A DNA stretch of 58,265 nt, the filler included, from Sphacelaria rigidula (Eukaryota): assembly GCA_964200075.2 (NCBI GenBank). It is 7 parts of 7 records of this genome, joined end to end, with 100 filler letters (N's around TTAATTAATTAA, not from the genome) between each part and the next. Parts side by side here need not be neighbours in the genome. Positions count along the whole stretch, not along the records: positions 1 to 8,239 come from CAXNAA020011813.1; positions 8,340 to 16,578 come from CAXNAA020011814.1; 5 more parts are not named here. One strand, given 5' to 3'. Position numbers and translations under genes: made by a program. Under the pieces are notes generated by a model that was given only the letters and a program-made list of their open reading frames with translations, made no database searches and had not been told where the DNA came from. The first letter of the stretch is position 1. The number at the start of each line of letters is the position of its first letter. Of the stretch, positions 1 to 10,790 are shown one piece after another.

Positions 1-135
1 CCCACGACATAGTCGCTCTCCACTGTTGAGCATGGTGGAAGAAAAATTCCCACATCGCTCCGAGAATCGAACCCCACAACTCAACCACCAGAAAGAAGGT
101 TACGAGGTTACCAACTGAGCCACCGGGGCGACCGG
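1..135 (-). mobile_element. tRNA-derived SINE, family A (5' head, cut by contig start)
   Basis: Reverse complement reads CCGGTCGCCCCGGTGGCTCAGTTGGTAACC...GGGGTTCGATTCTCGG (Pol III A box and B box). Homologous to 21890-22027 and 51030-51148. Confidence 0.8.
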
Positions 136-139
136 ATTC

Positions 140-624
140 TTACCATGCTAAAACGCCCTCAATCAGTGAATAATAAGAATAAAACCCAACCTCCCCCATT
201 TTTTTTGGTTCATCACGACCTAGCAAGGTCCTGCACAAAGTTTCAACTCACAGACACCAAACGTGGGCCTGTAAACGGCCTGCAAAATACTGTTCCGATT
301 TTCCGCCGCCTCGGTTTTTCAAAGGTAAATTCGCAATTTTTTTCTTGAAGTTTTAAAGTAAAATTTGGTATGGATAATTAACAGGGCATGAAGAAAAGCT
401 GTCTGTCAGGTCCCGACGGTTTTTTTCCGTGAATCTAGGGCAAAAATTAGTGTTAAGGTTTTGGTAAAATGCCCTTAACTCACGAAAAAAAAAATCGTTG
501 GGACCTCACAGACAGCTTTTTTGCATGCCCTGTTGATTGTACCAAATTTCACTTTCCAACTCCAAGAAAAAAAATGCGAATTCGCCTGCAAAGTACAAAT
601 CCACTTGTAGGCTAGCCCAGCCTG
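140..624 (-). mobile_element. Partial TA-flanked MITE, family E, with internal palindrome (~323-587)
   Basis: Ends GGCTAGCCCAGCCTG|TA, a variant of the family TIR. 140-305 is the reverse complement of ~26875-27040, and the hairpin occupies the same position as in the 26536-27676 copy. Confidence 0.75.
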
Positions 625-1219
625 TAGTACTTGGCATGTATGAGAGTTGAGTAACTCCGACTGCGACGAGGCCCAGCGGGCACACAGAATTCAAACTTTT
701 AATTTTTGCGCATCCATTCGTCGGGCATGCTGCGGAGCTATCTCTGTCATTAGCAGACGAAATCATAGACTCACCGATGTTCACGATATTGTACTTCATG
801 GAGGCTGCATCGCGCATGACCATTATTAGGCAAATAATGCTTGTACCATTGTCCCCGCCGTGTGAGCGAGCAGCGTGGCGGTATGCACCTGTGACAGCTA
901 TTTCCAGCCAAGAACAAGCGTCGATCACTGCTGGCCAAGAAAAACGCGCGGCTTTTATAGTTTGTGCCTGGGGATCAAAGCGGATACAGCCAAGAATAGC
1001 TGGTACAACCGTACCCGGTGTTTTGCTACTTCTATGCAAGATATGCTAGAGATTCTCTGCAGAATGAGTACCACGTAGATACAAAATCTTGGGTAACACC
1101 AGGTATACAGGACGGAGCATCTGGACGACCAACGGACGTGTGGGCATCAGTCAACATGCTTGAACGGAGTGTGCAACCACGACCGTGTACTCGTAACAGG
1201 AAGTGTCCGAGTTGTTCAC

Positions 1220-1324
1220 CTGCTTCTTCAAGGCATTCTTGGACATCTTCACTTCACCACCACCATCAGCACCACCGTTGGTCACCACATCGGCGGGAGC
1301 AGTAGAAACAGCATTGTCAGCCAT
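1220..1324 (-). CDS. First coding exon of a host gene, MADNAVSTAPADVVTNGGADGGGEVKMSKNALKKQ; probably a cytosolic class II aminoacyl-tRNA synthetase (LysRS/AspRS-like N-terminus)
   Basis: ATG at 1324, 35 open codons, phase-0 donor CAG|GTGAAC at 1220/1219. SKNALKK is typical of the lysine-rich N-terminal extension of eukaryotic LysRS/AspRS. No downstream exon was recognised before the contig end, so the product is tentative. Confidence 0.6.
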
Positions 1325-1679
1325 GCTTTATCCAACAGCTATTCTGTAGCTTGCGCACTAACGAACTACAACTACTACACGGTCCAACTGCGCGTAGATG
1401 GCAGTTCGCGCAATTTTGTTTTATTGTTGATATATTTTATTCAGCTCCCGACTCAGACTCGCAGTCGAAAGCTAGAATCTGCACTCCGTTGGTGGAGGGT
1501 GCAGGCTTCGGAGCTGGCTTTAAGCATTATCTTCATGTTAAGAGAGTTCAAAATGAATGATCTCTGCTCAAAACTAGCAGAAATTATCTAGATGTGATCT
1601 GGGTAACCGGTATTCCCAGGGGGAAAATAAATGTAGCATGACATGTACTTGGAATATATTGGAATACGACAATGGGCTA

Positions 1680-2800
1680 GCCCTTCTTCGGCCCTACCTT
1701 GTCGCCTTTCCGTTTGGTCCAGGGTTCAATTGCTCCGGTGTATCAGCAGGATGACCGGAGAACCTCGATTATTGCAACTGTGGGTGTGTATACTCGCATT
1801 TCTGGTACATATTTGCGCGAGAGGAGTATCCGCCTGGCTGCATCTGGGTGGGCTTTCCCGCAGTACGTCGTTTGCCACTTGGCGAAGTCATGGTCAAGGT
1901 GCGCTATTCTTATTAGTATCTTCGCCGCGCAGATCACAGTACGGTGCTGTGCAACAGTACCAGGTACGGTAAAGTCGCCCCACTCGGAATCGGGGGTGAG
2001 TGACTTTTAGTCGGTTGCGCTATGGGGGGAGTATGATATTCATCATATTTTGTCTCATGTGCCATCCGCTAACGATGTGGTATTTTTTACATCCTTCAAT
2101 ATCATGCACAGGTGATGCTCATGTTTCAACGACACATATAATAGCCCCATCTGTTACACACAGCTGCCGGGGCCGTCAACTTTGCACAGCAGGACGCTGC
2201 TGAAGTACGAACCGTCTGTCTGTACAACAAGTGTTGTTGCATTTTGCCCGCGACATGACTGGGCGCATTGGAACATCAGAAAACTATTCTGATACCCACG
2301 CAGGTCTTCACCGACTCGCAGAATATCAATCAATCGATCAAAGCCGAGATGGCCTGCGCCGGCCTTTTTCTCGTGCATCTGCCTGTACGGTATACATACT
2401 CTTGTTGTGATTGTGCACACGGTGTCCAGTCTGGGGCGGGAGGGATACTCGTAGACAAAGATACCAAACGACCGAACATTTTCTCTTGAAAAAGTCCGCA
2501 GCCATTGCGCGTGTTTCACCCATTTGCTCGATACCCGTGTCTTCTTCGTTGGCAAGTGCATCAGGCGGCAAGTTCATGACCGCATGGATGTTGTGCTCAG
2601 GATCATGTACCCGGTTATTCAGTCCAGAATATTTGAACCTGACAGCTCGCCGCGCGACCACACGCCGCATCCCGGCCGTCTCATTATTCGTACAATTTAA
2701 CCCAATTAGGTCGAAAGATTGCTCGTCCGATTCCCAGCAGATGTAGTCGTTTTTCGTTTGATCGGAGTCTGGTTCCCGTAGTTGAAAACGTGAAGATCTA
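1680..2800 (-). pseudogene. Possible degenerate Mutator-like (MULE) transposase
   Basis: Phase-compatible spliced segments (RFQLREPDSDQTKNDYICWESDEQ...; WQMHEKK...LVVQTD), then VTDGAIICVVET*...HIVSGWHMRQNM (W at 2062-2064). This resembles the MULE TD...HxxCxWHxxxN signature. In-frame stops are present. Confidence 0.45.
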
Positions 2801-2825
2801 AGTAGCAAGAAAAGTTCATTTGGAG

Positions 2826-2960
2826 GGTGCGGGAGTGCTGACCCAATCCGCTACAGTATATTCTAAAATGCAAAGCGTGTATCCGCGAGAGATGGGTTGA
2901 TTCCTTGAGACCGCGGACTCGTCCCGAGAAAGGGGAGGGGTCAAAAGTATGACGAAAAAA
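2826..2960 (+). mobile_element. SINE family B, 3' fragment
   Basis: GTGCGGGAGTGCTGACCCAATCCG...TTGAGACCGCGGACTCGTCCCG...GACGAAAAAAG matches 19905-20040. Confidence 0.75.
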
Positions 2961-4696
2961 GCGTGCCATCTTCTGTTTCATACTTCAGACAAGAGGTCGG
3001 ACGATGCAGCCTTGAAATAGCCCCGGGCAAAACAGGGCGGGGGAGGGGTTGCTAGGCTTGTTACTTTGTGGGTTTCCACCTGCTGCAGTTATACGGTATT
3101 ATAGTGTACAGGGAAAAAAGAAGTGGCGCCTGATCGTCGCCTGGGCCTTGAGAAATTCGCGTTTGTCTTGAAAATCACTCTGAGAAACCCGTGTAGTGGT
3201 GGGCCCGTGTTGAGGCAGCACTGTAGCCACCTTCACCCTTTTGGCACTGGCGATGGAAAAGTGTGGATTTCGAGGTGCTGTTTTTCGAACGACGCATGGT
3301 TGAGTTTTCACAGCTTTCAAGCAAATCTATCAGCCCGAGGCGTGTTTTTCAGTCCCGTATAAAAATGTGCCCAAGCACGGGACACAGTAAAATAGAGAGG
3401 TGATGCCGATTTTTGTTTGTATAGGGTTCAGGGACGCAAGTGCTAATTTTGGCTGTGTGCGTAAAGTTGAACACACTTGACCCGTTGCGTCGCGTCATTT
3501 GACAAAACTTGTCCGACCGTACCGGGGTGACATTCTTGATGCGTGCATGACGTATGCTAGTTGGTTATTCGGTGGCCTTCCGCAGTAATAATGGTTGCCG
3601 TCGGTCTTTTCTGTCCCCGTCTTTTCTTCTTTGTCAGGGCTTGAAATAATGAGGCGTCTGGCCCGGGGATGGAAAAAGAGCTTCCCCAAAGGGTTAACCT
3701 GGGTTGAGGCGGGTCTCACTTTCCTGCGGTGTCGGCATTCTGTATGGTACTGCACTGTACTGTCGGTGGGGCGGGGCGGGGGGTGGCGGTAAAATAAAAC
3801 GATAAACCCGCCTTATCAGAGAGTTTCGGAAGAGAAAAAGGACATAACTCAGGGATAAGCGAGAAACGGCTGGATTATTTTCGCTTGAACCCCAGGTTTG
3901 TTTTTATTTTTTTTACGAGATAGGTGTGGACCGTGGCCATTTTTTCAATATTTAGTATTTTCTGTTCCAAATGCCATGTGGTCGGTGTCATGAGTTGAAG
4001 AGGCACAAGTCGCGCCGTGCTGTTCTGCGTTTGTACTCTACGCCCACCCAGGCGGTGCTATCCGTACAGCGTGGAAGAGCATGTACAGAGTCGTGCTACG
4101 ATAGGTTGGGTGTTTGATTCCGGGGGGGAAAGACTTGGGGGTATTTCGGACAACCTGACACACTCGCCGTGCGTTTGTATTTGGGTAAAACGGCGCTAAG
4201 CAGTATGAATGAGCGGCATTTATCGGTAAATACGCGCGTTCGGACCATCGTTTCTTCTAAAATCGGTTCGAAGTTGAATTTCGTGGAAGCAATGACCCAA
4301 AATTCCCCGCGTCCTATCGGAGCATGACTGTAGCTGTTTGTGCTGTCCCCGTACCGTTGAATACGCGACGGCAGTATCGTCAACACGGTCCTCAGGTATG
4401 AACCCGGCACAGTACACAGCGTTGGGCACGCAGGCAGTGCACCTCGGCGCCCGCTAGTCATTCACAAGTCCTGCACCTGTTGGTGTGTGGTACAGCACTA
4501 GGACAAGTTGTGACAGTTTAGAGTTGAACTGTTGCACTGTCTGTAGACAGTTCTGTATACTGTCGGTAGTACGTGTTCTCTGTACTATACTGTCTGTAGT
4601 ACAATTGTGCACATGCCTGTGTGTGTGCGTGTGCACATTTTGAGGAAAGTACAGTCATTCTCGACAAAGGTTCACTATACAGTAATCCTAGCAGCG

Positions 4697-4966
4697 TGGA
4701 GGCGAACGGGGGAACAGAAACACCAGTTGACCTGGCTAAAATTGACACGGAAGGGCGGTAGTGGGCCGGCCACTCACGCAGCCGCTACGAGGACTTCTAC
4801 AAAAGGGCCACCCAACGGTGGTGTACCCGCGCGAGCTAACGCAAGCTTCACGTTGGGTGGCCATTTTGTCAAGTCCTCGTAGCGGCTGCTTGAGCGGCCG
4901 ACTCCCGCCCTTTCGCGTCATCATAAGCCAGGTCGACTGGTGTCTCGGCTCCTCCGTTCGCCTCCA
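4697..4966. repeat. Long imperfect inverted repeat (arms 4697-4817 and 4851-4966, 33-nt loop)
   Basis: TGGAGGCGAACGG...GGCCACCCAACG is the reverse complement of CGTTGGGTGGCC...CCGTTCGCCTCCA. Confidence 0.9.
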
Positions 4967-5839
4967 AGTCTTCCTCGTAGTCTTGGGTCACCCTCGTCAA
5001 CGAGCTGCCATCACCAGCGCTGTCGCGGGCGTTCACGGCATCCGCTATCGCCCCACTTGAGGATGTTTATCCTACGACTGTATTGTGTAACCTTGGTCGT
5101 CATGGGGCAAGGCGTCTAGTTCCGTTCTCTAACCCTGAGTTGGGCACCAACGCTTTGGGATGTTTAGCGACTCAGGGTTTATTTGAAAAATTTCAAATTA
5201 ATCCTGAGTTGCAGCGCACGTCCCTTCTCAGGCTTCAGTTTTCGGGGTTACTAAGGGAATTCGTGATATCCTAGCCTTAAATCCCAACTTCTAAACCCTA
5301 ACCCTGAGTTTTTCTGGCCGGTTTTCCGTTTCCGAAACTCTTCATTGTTGGTCGTGGTCCGTGAAAAACTGACCTTATTAGGAGAGAAATTGTGACAAGC
5401 CCTATTGGTAGCCCCGCCTTATTAGCTGCCACCTTAACACGGGTCCACCGCTGCATTTTGTAGGAAAGCTGTTTTGGGGAAGGAGGGGAGACATGACCCA
5501 CGAGCCCATGATTTTTACCCTCGCTCGTTTCACGTAGTGTCGTACCTACCTGTTGTCCTGTAAGGTGGGGTAGGCTCCTGGAAGACAAAGTAGAACTCCC
5601 CTTGCTTTACATTCAACAGGGGTGCTCATAACTTTCTGCCAGGAAAGCAGCCCTCCCCTCTTGAAAATACGCTTCATTTTCGTCCATCACGCAAGTTCGC
5701 CTTTGATTGATCTCGAAACATACCGCAACTCATGCAGTTCGTGAAATCCGTTCGAATTTCGTGTTTGGGCTGCTTATCCTTTCGTTGGTATCATCTTCGC
5801 TGCAAGGGTAAAGGCGTGAGAGCAAGTAAACGTCCAGTG

Positions 5840-5986
5840 AAAGTTGACAGGGTACGGGAGTGCTCATCCAATGCTCGGTATAGCAATAAACTGTAAAGCA
5901 GGCAACGGGGGAGGGATGACTTGATCCCTCGAGACGGCGGGCTCGTCCCCAGAGAGGTGGGGTGTTCGAAATATGACAAAAAAAAG
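5840..5986 (+). mobile_element. SINE family B, degraded 3' fragment
   Basis: CGGGAGTGCTCATCCAAT...TTGATCCCTCGAGACGGCGGGCTCGTCCC...ATGACAAAAAAAA is similar to the other family B tails. Confidence 0.6.
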
Positions 5987-6301
5987 CAGAACATGACTTG
6001 GTGGGCAACAACACACTTCTTACGTAGCACTTACTCCGGAGTATATACTAATATGTTGGTAAAATTATGATTGAGCCAAAAAAACACAGGAACATGCGTA
6101 GCACCCCCTTCCCCCCCTTTCCTGCCCCACCCCCTCGCATGATTCAGCAAAATGGGGATTCGTGGCCCATCTGTGGGAAAATGATCTTCGAGCCCCTTGT
6201 ATAGAATATACTTACCCGCCGCGCCCTCTTACCCCACATGCGCCTCCGTTGAACACGAACCTCGACCAAATGTGCAACCACCCACCATCATGTGTGACCA
6301 G

Positions 6302-6657
6302 TATCGGACATGGACATGGCAGCAGCAACAGCAGCAGCACCACTTATCAAACACGTTCATTTCGGTCGTCGACTGAGACGGCGGCATTCGATTGCGACCT
6401 TGGCATCAAGCGACGGCGAAGGTGGTGAAAATGGGGCAGGCAGCAGCAACGAAGAGGCCGGTGGCAGCGGGCCGCAGACTGAAGGTGCTGTGCCGATGTT
6501 ATACATCAAGGGTTTGAAGAAGAGCAACGATGTTGTTCGACAAGAGGATGTAGAAAAGGTAGTTCGATCCGCGCGGACGGCCCGTGGTGAGGGAGGAGCG
6601 GAGGAAGAAACGGAACAGATTCTCGATGAAGAGCAAGAGGGGTTTGATTGGGAGAGG
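6302..6657 (+). CDS. Coding exon of an unidentified host gene (Arg-rich then acidic; ends EEQEGFDWER)
   Basis: Open frame 6310-6657 with coding-like composition and a perfect phase-0 donor AGG|GTAAGT at 6657/6658. The 5' end is either an acceptor CCAG at 6301 or the ATG at 6310. A phase-compatible candidate next exon is 7957-8014 (WKSFLSRSKACMRFAEYGL, AG|GTACGG), low confidence. Confidence 0.6.
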
Positions 6658-8065
6658 GTAAGTGTACGAGAGCCACCGACGCCACGTGGTGGATTGAGAG
6701 TACATTCGAACAGCGCGAGAGAAACACGGGCATATACTCGCAGCCGAACGACAAGCAGCAAGAGCAGTGCAACTAGCACTGTACTCGCACGTACAGAGTG
6801 TGCATAGATGAAGTGGAAAAAACGAGTGTGGTGGCGTCGTACTGTCGTTTCGTTGTGTTTTGCGGAACGCGTAGAAGCTGCCGCATGCATGTTTGTGGTG
6901 ATCCAGTAATGCCGAATCGCTGCTGCAGATTGTGCCAAGCATGGCAAATACAACTGACGAAATTATTATGCTAGAGCCACGTGTCAAAGTGGGCCGCGCT
7001 CACCAGATTTTCCCCCACTGAATCAAGTGAACCAAACCATGACATGCCATCGCTCTATTCGTTACTTCTCCCCCTCCGTCCATCTACATTCATGCCACAT
7101 ATCGAAAGCTCACAAAAGCTCTTGGCCTGGGCACGTGGAGCTACGTTGGTCTGGGATTATCCTTGGCCTTAATACTGCTCAACACAACGCTTGGGTTGGG
7201 CTGGGTAAGCCGTCTTGTGACTCCCGAATTCGACAAGGAAGGCATTGAGAATATCGAAGAGCAACGAAAAGGAGACATTCAAGTTCTCCCATTGGATGAC
7301 CCCTCCAATCTCCTGCGATAGTACTTGGCGCTAGTGGCTCGGTAGCGGGCCGGCCGATGCACGAGCGCTGGCGTATTTCCGCCAAGGTGTATGTAAGGGA
7401 GCTTGGCAGGAGAGGATACGTGGCGGTGGGCAGGGCGAGGCGGTCGGCAAAACTTATGGCCTAGCGTCTGGTGCGTGCGGTTCACTCGGTCAACAAGGGA
7501 GGGAAGGATTGCGGAGCATTTTGAAAAGCCTGCGCTTCTTTTCGTTTGATGAGAACAATAGGCGGCCACTTTCACGGCAGTGTTCCACCCTATTGTGGAG
7601 GGAATCACCAACCAGTCCAAATAGATATCAGCAGTCTGCGATGCCGGCGTTTGCAATCGTTTTGTGCGGTCGTCGGCGTGGCGAGCGACAGCCTGCCCGG
7701 TGCGTAGGCTAGGGGGTGTATGTGCATTGTTGACCCGCTTTACGGGCCACAGCGACGTTACAGGTGATCGATGTAGTTTTCTTTGTGGAGGCGTTTTGTA
7801 CCCACAGGTCTAATGGATAAAAAACCCCCACGGTTCTCAAATGAGATCATCCACAGGGGGGGGATGGCATCTGGAGCGGGGTCGCGTTTGTCGTATCTGT
7901 GGGTAATGATTTCATGCCGCGTACTTGTTCCTAGTACAATCTGTAGTAACCGGCAGTGGAAATCATTCCTTTCCAGATCGAAGGCCTGCATGCGATTCGC
8001 AGAGTATGGGCTAGGTACGGTAGTAGTGAAGCGAACAATGTTCCAAATCACATTTTGTTTTGTTA

Positions 8066-8167
8066 CGACTTGGGCTGTTATGTCGTTCTGTTCTACTTTT
8101 TTCTTTTTTCTTTTCCTGTTCCTCCTTTTCTTCAGAACGTGTTTCAGTTTCGTTTTTTTGGGGTACG
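8066..8167 (+). repeat. Dispersed repeat family C (LINE-tail-like), interrupted by a MITE
   Basis: TATGTCGTTCTGTTCTACTTTT...GTGTTTCAGTTTCGTTTTTTTGGGTACG matches 16790-16940, 21482-21635, 25766-25935 and 28145-28312. Confidence 0.8.
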
Positions 8168-8239
8168 AGCTGGGCCAACCTAAAAACGGATTTAAGCTCC
8201 AAAAGCAATATCTCATCTGACCCCACTTCTTGCCTACAT
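8166..8239 (-). mobile_element. Terminus of a family E MITE inserted at a TA within the family C repeat
   Basis: TA|CGAGCTGGGCCAACCTAAAAACGGATTTAAGCTCCAAAAGCAATATCTC is the reverse complement of 27628-27676. Confidence 0.75.
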
Positions 8240-8339
8240 NNNNNNNNNNNNNNNNNNNNNNNNNNNNNNNNNNNNNNNNNNNNTTAATTAATTAANNNNN
8301 NNNNNNNNNNNNNNNNNNNNNNNNNNNNNNNNNNNNNNN
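8240..8339. other. Artificial contig spacer N44-TTAATTAATTAA-N44
   Basis: Exactly 100 bp with a six-frame stop linker at 8284-8295. Confidence 0.99.
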
Positions 8340-8359
8340 TTAGTTTGTGGCGATGTGAC

Positions 8360-10225
8360 GAGGAGGGGCTCGTCGGACGGGGGGCGGGTGGGGTGCTGCG
8401 CGGGCGTACTCATTTGTTGCTTGCCTTAGTCGTTTGACCATTGCAACGCATCTCTTTCGAGACGGAGCACCGTTCCTACTCCTAAAAGAAGCGCTTCCAA
8501 CATTTGGGCGCTCATTACGTTTCTTCGATACCATTACACAGAAACCTTTTACATATATATTTTCCCGTCCTGTTTCGCAGTCTTTGGTCACCATCTCCTT
8601 CTATAGTATAGCGATCGTGTTCTCGCTGCTGTCTAATGCGTCAAATGATTTTATACCGCCTTCGTTTACTTCCCACATTTCCCCCTCTAGCATGTCCCGT
8701 TCCTCCTTGTACAGTCCACGTTCTGCCACTATATGACTTCTGCTCTCTATTGCCTCGCCCCAGGGGCAATTCTGTGCATCTACTTCCCTCTCCACTCGAC
8801 TACTGGTATATGTCTCTTCCTTCGTTTTGGCACGTCCAGATCCCCTACCCGAAATCGAAGTTTAAAATTTCTCACGAAGTCCATTGAGTCATGCAGGTGC
8901 GTTTTCATCCCTATCCCTTCTCTCAAGCCGCTGGATATCTTCAGGTGCACTTCTTCGTCTACTTTCCGTCTTAGCGTTTCTTTTTTCCATGTTTCTATGA
9001 TGTTTCTTGCTTCTGTCTTGCACCCCCCGCATTCATCTATGGACATTATCTCGTCTTGGTTTCCTCCAATCCCCTTCTATACTTTCTCGAATACGCTATC
9101 CCTCCTTATTCCAGCCTGCCCTTTCGTCATTTTATTACATGTAGCCCTATCAACTATGGTTGACAACCTCCTTCTTTACACCTCTACGCGATATTGCCGT
9201 TTCGATTTTTTCATGTCTCTGTTTGTTTCAAGTGGGTACAATTCTAATTCCGCTCTCAATGCTGTATTACTCATCATTTTCGAGCATCCAAGTATTTCCG
9301 TAGCTTCTGTCATCTGTGCCGTTTCCAACTTTTCCACCAACTTCGCGTTCCCCTCCCATAGTTCTCCTGCATATTTCAGCTTGAGTACAATCACATTCAT
9401 CAGGATACATATCTTAATGCTAGTATCTAGGTGCGAGTCTCTCAGGATCACATCCATCGTGGCCATCTGTGTCTTACCCTTCTCTTTTTCTTTGTTTAGG
9501 TGTGCATCTCAAGCAGAGTTTTTTGGGATCTCTACGCCGAGGTATGTATACTAGTCTACGATCGGCAATTCCTCTCCTCCCCACTTCCATTTCGATTTTA
9601 CCACGCTCTTCTTATCTTCGTTACATACACGTACCGCGCTTTTGTTAACGTTCGCTGTGACTCTCCATTTCCAAGTGCATTCTAGCGTTTTCTCTATTGC
9701 TTCTGCAATTCTTATGGTGGTGGTTTTGATTTCCCCACGAAGTCATCCGCGAACATCCCCCACCTTCACTCCTTGCTTTGCTACTTCTATTGCTGTAGTA
9801 TTAGCTCATTTATGACTATGCCTCGAATAAAGGAAGCGATAACGTACATATTTGTGCGATTCCTCGCAAGATATCAGAATATATCGATGTTTCCCCGTCT
9901 AGCATCATAGTACTCGTGGCACATTCTGTCATCTTCTTCACCATTCTCCACATTTTCCCTCTAATGTCACTTTCCCACATCTTTTTTCACAACCAATTTC
10001 TCCATACTGTGTTTAATATCTCCTGTACATCTAGAAGACAAACAGTATGGTCTCAGCCCGGCGTCTTCCCCACCTTGTTTAATCTGATCTAATGTGTACA
10101 CGTTATCTACGCAGCTACGTTTCGGTCTGCTGTAAAACCGACTCGCCCCTCGCTGATTTTTCCTCCTTCTCCAGCATCGTTGGCACTCTATAGTTCAAAA
10201 TCTTACAGAATGTCTCCCCTGCGGT
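8360..10225 (-). mobile_element. 5'-truncated, degenerate non-LTR retrotransposon (LINE): RT domain, C-terminus and 3' UTR
   Basis: Minus-strand fragments PKRSCVDNVYTL, LDVQ...WESDIRGKMWRMVK, GMFADDFVG (RT catalytic, ~9735-9760), LKYAGELWEGN, KLRFRVGDLD and CPWGEAIESRSHIV. Many frameshifts and stops. Confidence 0.9.
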
Positions 10226-10543
10226 AGGAGTGGGTGGTGTTTTGGGCCATTACCTTCACGACATTTCGGGTCAAATCGCCGTTGAAAGCAGCAAAGGTTA
10301 TTCGAACGCGCTTGTTACTGATAACTAAAGCTCATTCATACTGCTTGACATCATCTTTACCCAAATACAAGCGCACCACGAGTTTGTTAGGTCGTCCGAC
10401 ACACCTATGAGCCATTTTGTCGCGGAATCGAGTCGGAAACCTATCTCCCCCTATGGTAGCATGACTCTTCGGGGAATATTCACGCAGGAACCTCCCGGGA
10501 ACAGGTCAAGAGCGGAGGAACCTTGAACCAGCTCTCAACATAA

Positions 10544-10790
10544 CGAGCTGGGCCAGCCTCAAAACGGACGTAAGATCTCACAGCCATATCTCATTGATGC
10601 AGGTCACTTGGGCCGTGATCCGCACATCTTATTATGATAATATTTCGATAACCGTCGAATCAAGGGGAAGAAGACCATCTGCTCAAAAGTCCGGTTTACG
10701 GTGGTCTGCAAGCAAACTAGGCAATTCTTTTTTAATTGGGCAGTATTTTTTTTCAATTATCTCATGTATCATTCTTCCTCAGCACTCGAA
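10544..10790 (-). mobile_element. Family E MITE terminal segment
   Basis: CGAGCTGGGCCAGCCTCAAAACGG...GGGCCGTGATCCGCA...CAAGGGGAAG...CATCTGCTCAAAA is the reverse complement of ~27530-27676. Confidence 0.7.

Noticed and set aside
8284..8295. TTAATTAATTAA recurring every ~8.34 kb as a periodic biological motif
   Set aside because: Always centred in N44 blocks; it is a synthetic six-frame stop linker.
8733..9554. 273-aa plus-strand ORF
   Set aside because: Antisense shadow of the degenerate minus-strand LINE.
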